From Cupriavidus sp. HPC(L) (lineage in GTDB: Bacteria > Pseudomonadota > Gammaproteobacteria > Burkholderiales > Burkholderiaceae), in the NCBI RefSeq assembly GCF_000307735.3, contig NZ_AMPR02000135.1, positions 6,345-38,344 on the forward strand: a DNA stretch of 32,000 bases, in the 5' to 3' direction. The number at the start of each line of letters is the position of its first letter. Position 1 is the stretch's first letter. The position numbers were made by a program, and so were the translations under genes. Shown here in pieces: positions 31,860 through 32,000 of the stretch. Below the pieces are notes generated by a model that made no database searches, was not told where the DNA came from, and was given only the letters and a program-made list of their open reading frames with translations.

Positions 31860-32000
31860 ATGTCCATGATTGAACTCGGCGGCAAGGTTGCCGTCGTGAC
31901 CGGCGGCTCCTCCGGCATCGGCCTGGCCACGGTCGAGCTGCTGCTGGAGGCCGGCGCCGCGGTGGCGCTGTGCGGCCGCGACGCCGACCGGCTGGCCACC
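31860..32000 (+). CDS. SDR-family oxidoreductase, 5' fragment truncated by the window end
   Basis: The translation is MSMIELGGKVAVVTGGSSGIGLATVELLLEAGAAVALCGRDADRLAT, with a TGxxxGIG Rossmann motif. ATG 31860 lies 15 nt after the IclR stop, with GGAG upstream. It is absent from the ORF track because no stop falls in the window. Confidence 0.8.
   Translation, partial: MSMIELGGKVAVVTGGSSGIGLATVELLLEAGAAVALCGRDADRLAT

Overview
This is a 32-kb, high-GC betaproteobacterial region, probably Burkholderiales and Cupriavidus/Ralstonia-like. That placement is an inference from several Bug/TctC-family binding proteins, an OmpC-type porin, and GTCGTTCCCGC-type and CCCTCTCCCGC-type REP palindromes. About 34 protein genes are packed on both strands. 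I saw no rRNA, tRNA, CRISPR array, complete IS or prophage.

Blocks from left to right:
1. Metal acquisition. A Fur-like box and a TonB-dependent receptor come first. A PiuC-type 2OG/Fe(II) hydroxylase is then start/stop-coupled to an FMN alpha-hydroxy-acid oxidase. A Fur/Zur-like palindrome precedes a ZrgA-like (DUF2796) / ABC ATPase / FtsX-MacB-type permease / DUF3299 operon.
2. An envelope redox/stress island: a CcdA-like thiol-disulfide membrane protein, an OmpR-type regulator with its histidine kinase, a secreted DPYxDGAR-repeat protein, Ohr, and a periplasmic CxxC thioredoxin-like protein. A TGTAT-N5-TGTAT direct repeat lies upstream of two of these units.
3. Ordinary accessory metabolism and transport: asparaginase; LysR + SDR + Bug + AhpD-like; NhaA; DMT/EamA + Lrp; HCCA-isomerase-like; nitronate monooxygenase; SDR.
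4. A lower-GC islet with an Rpn (PD-(D/E)XK) recombination-promoting nuclease. It carries an internal SD+ATG and is followed by an out-of-frame relic of a second Rpn tail.
5. A putative catabolic regulon of unknown substrate. Porin + Bug are divergent from an alpha/beta hydrolase. Next comes an orphan 101-aa protein, a single-component Rieske oxygenase, SDR, cupin, IclR and SDR. Four copies of a 16-bp palindrome link these units.

The very long Arg/Ala/Pro-rich ORFs antisense to these genes are GC-content artefacts. All homology calls rest on motif recognition by eye, with no database search.
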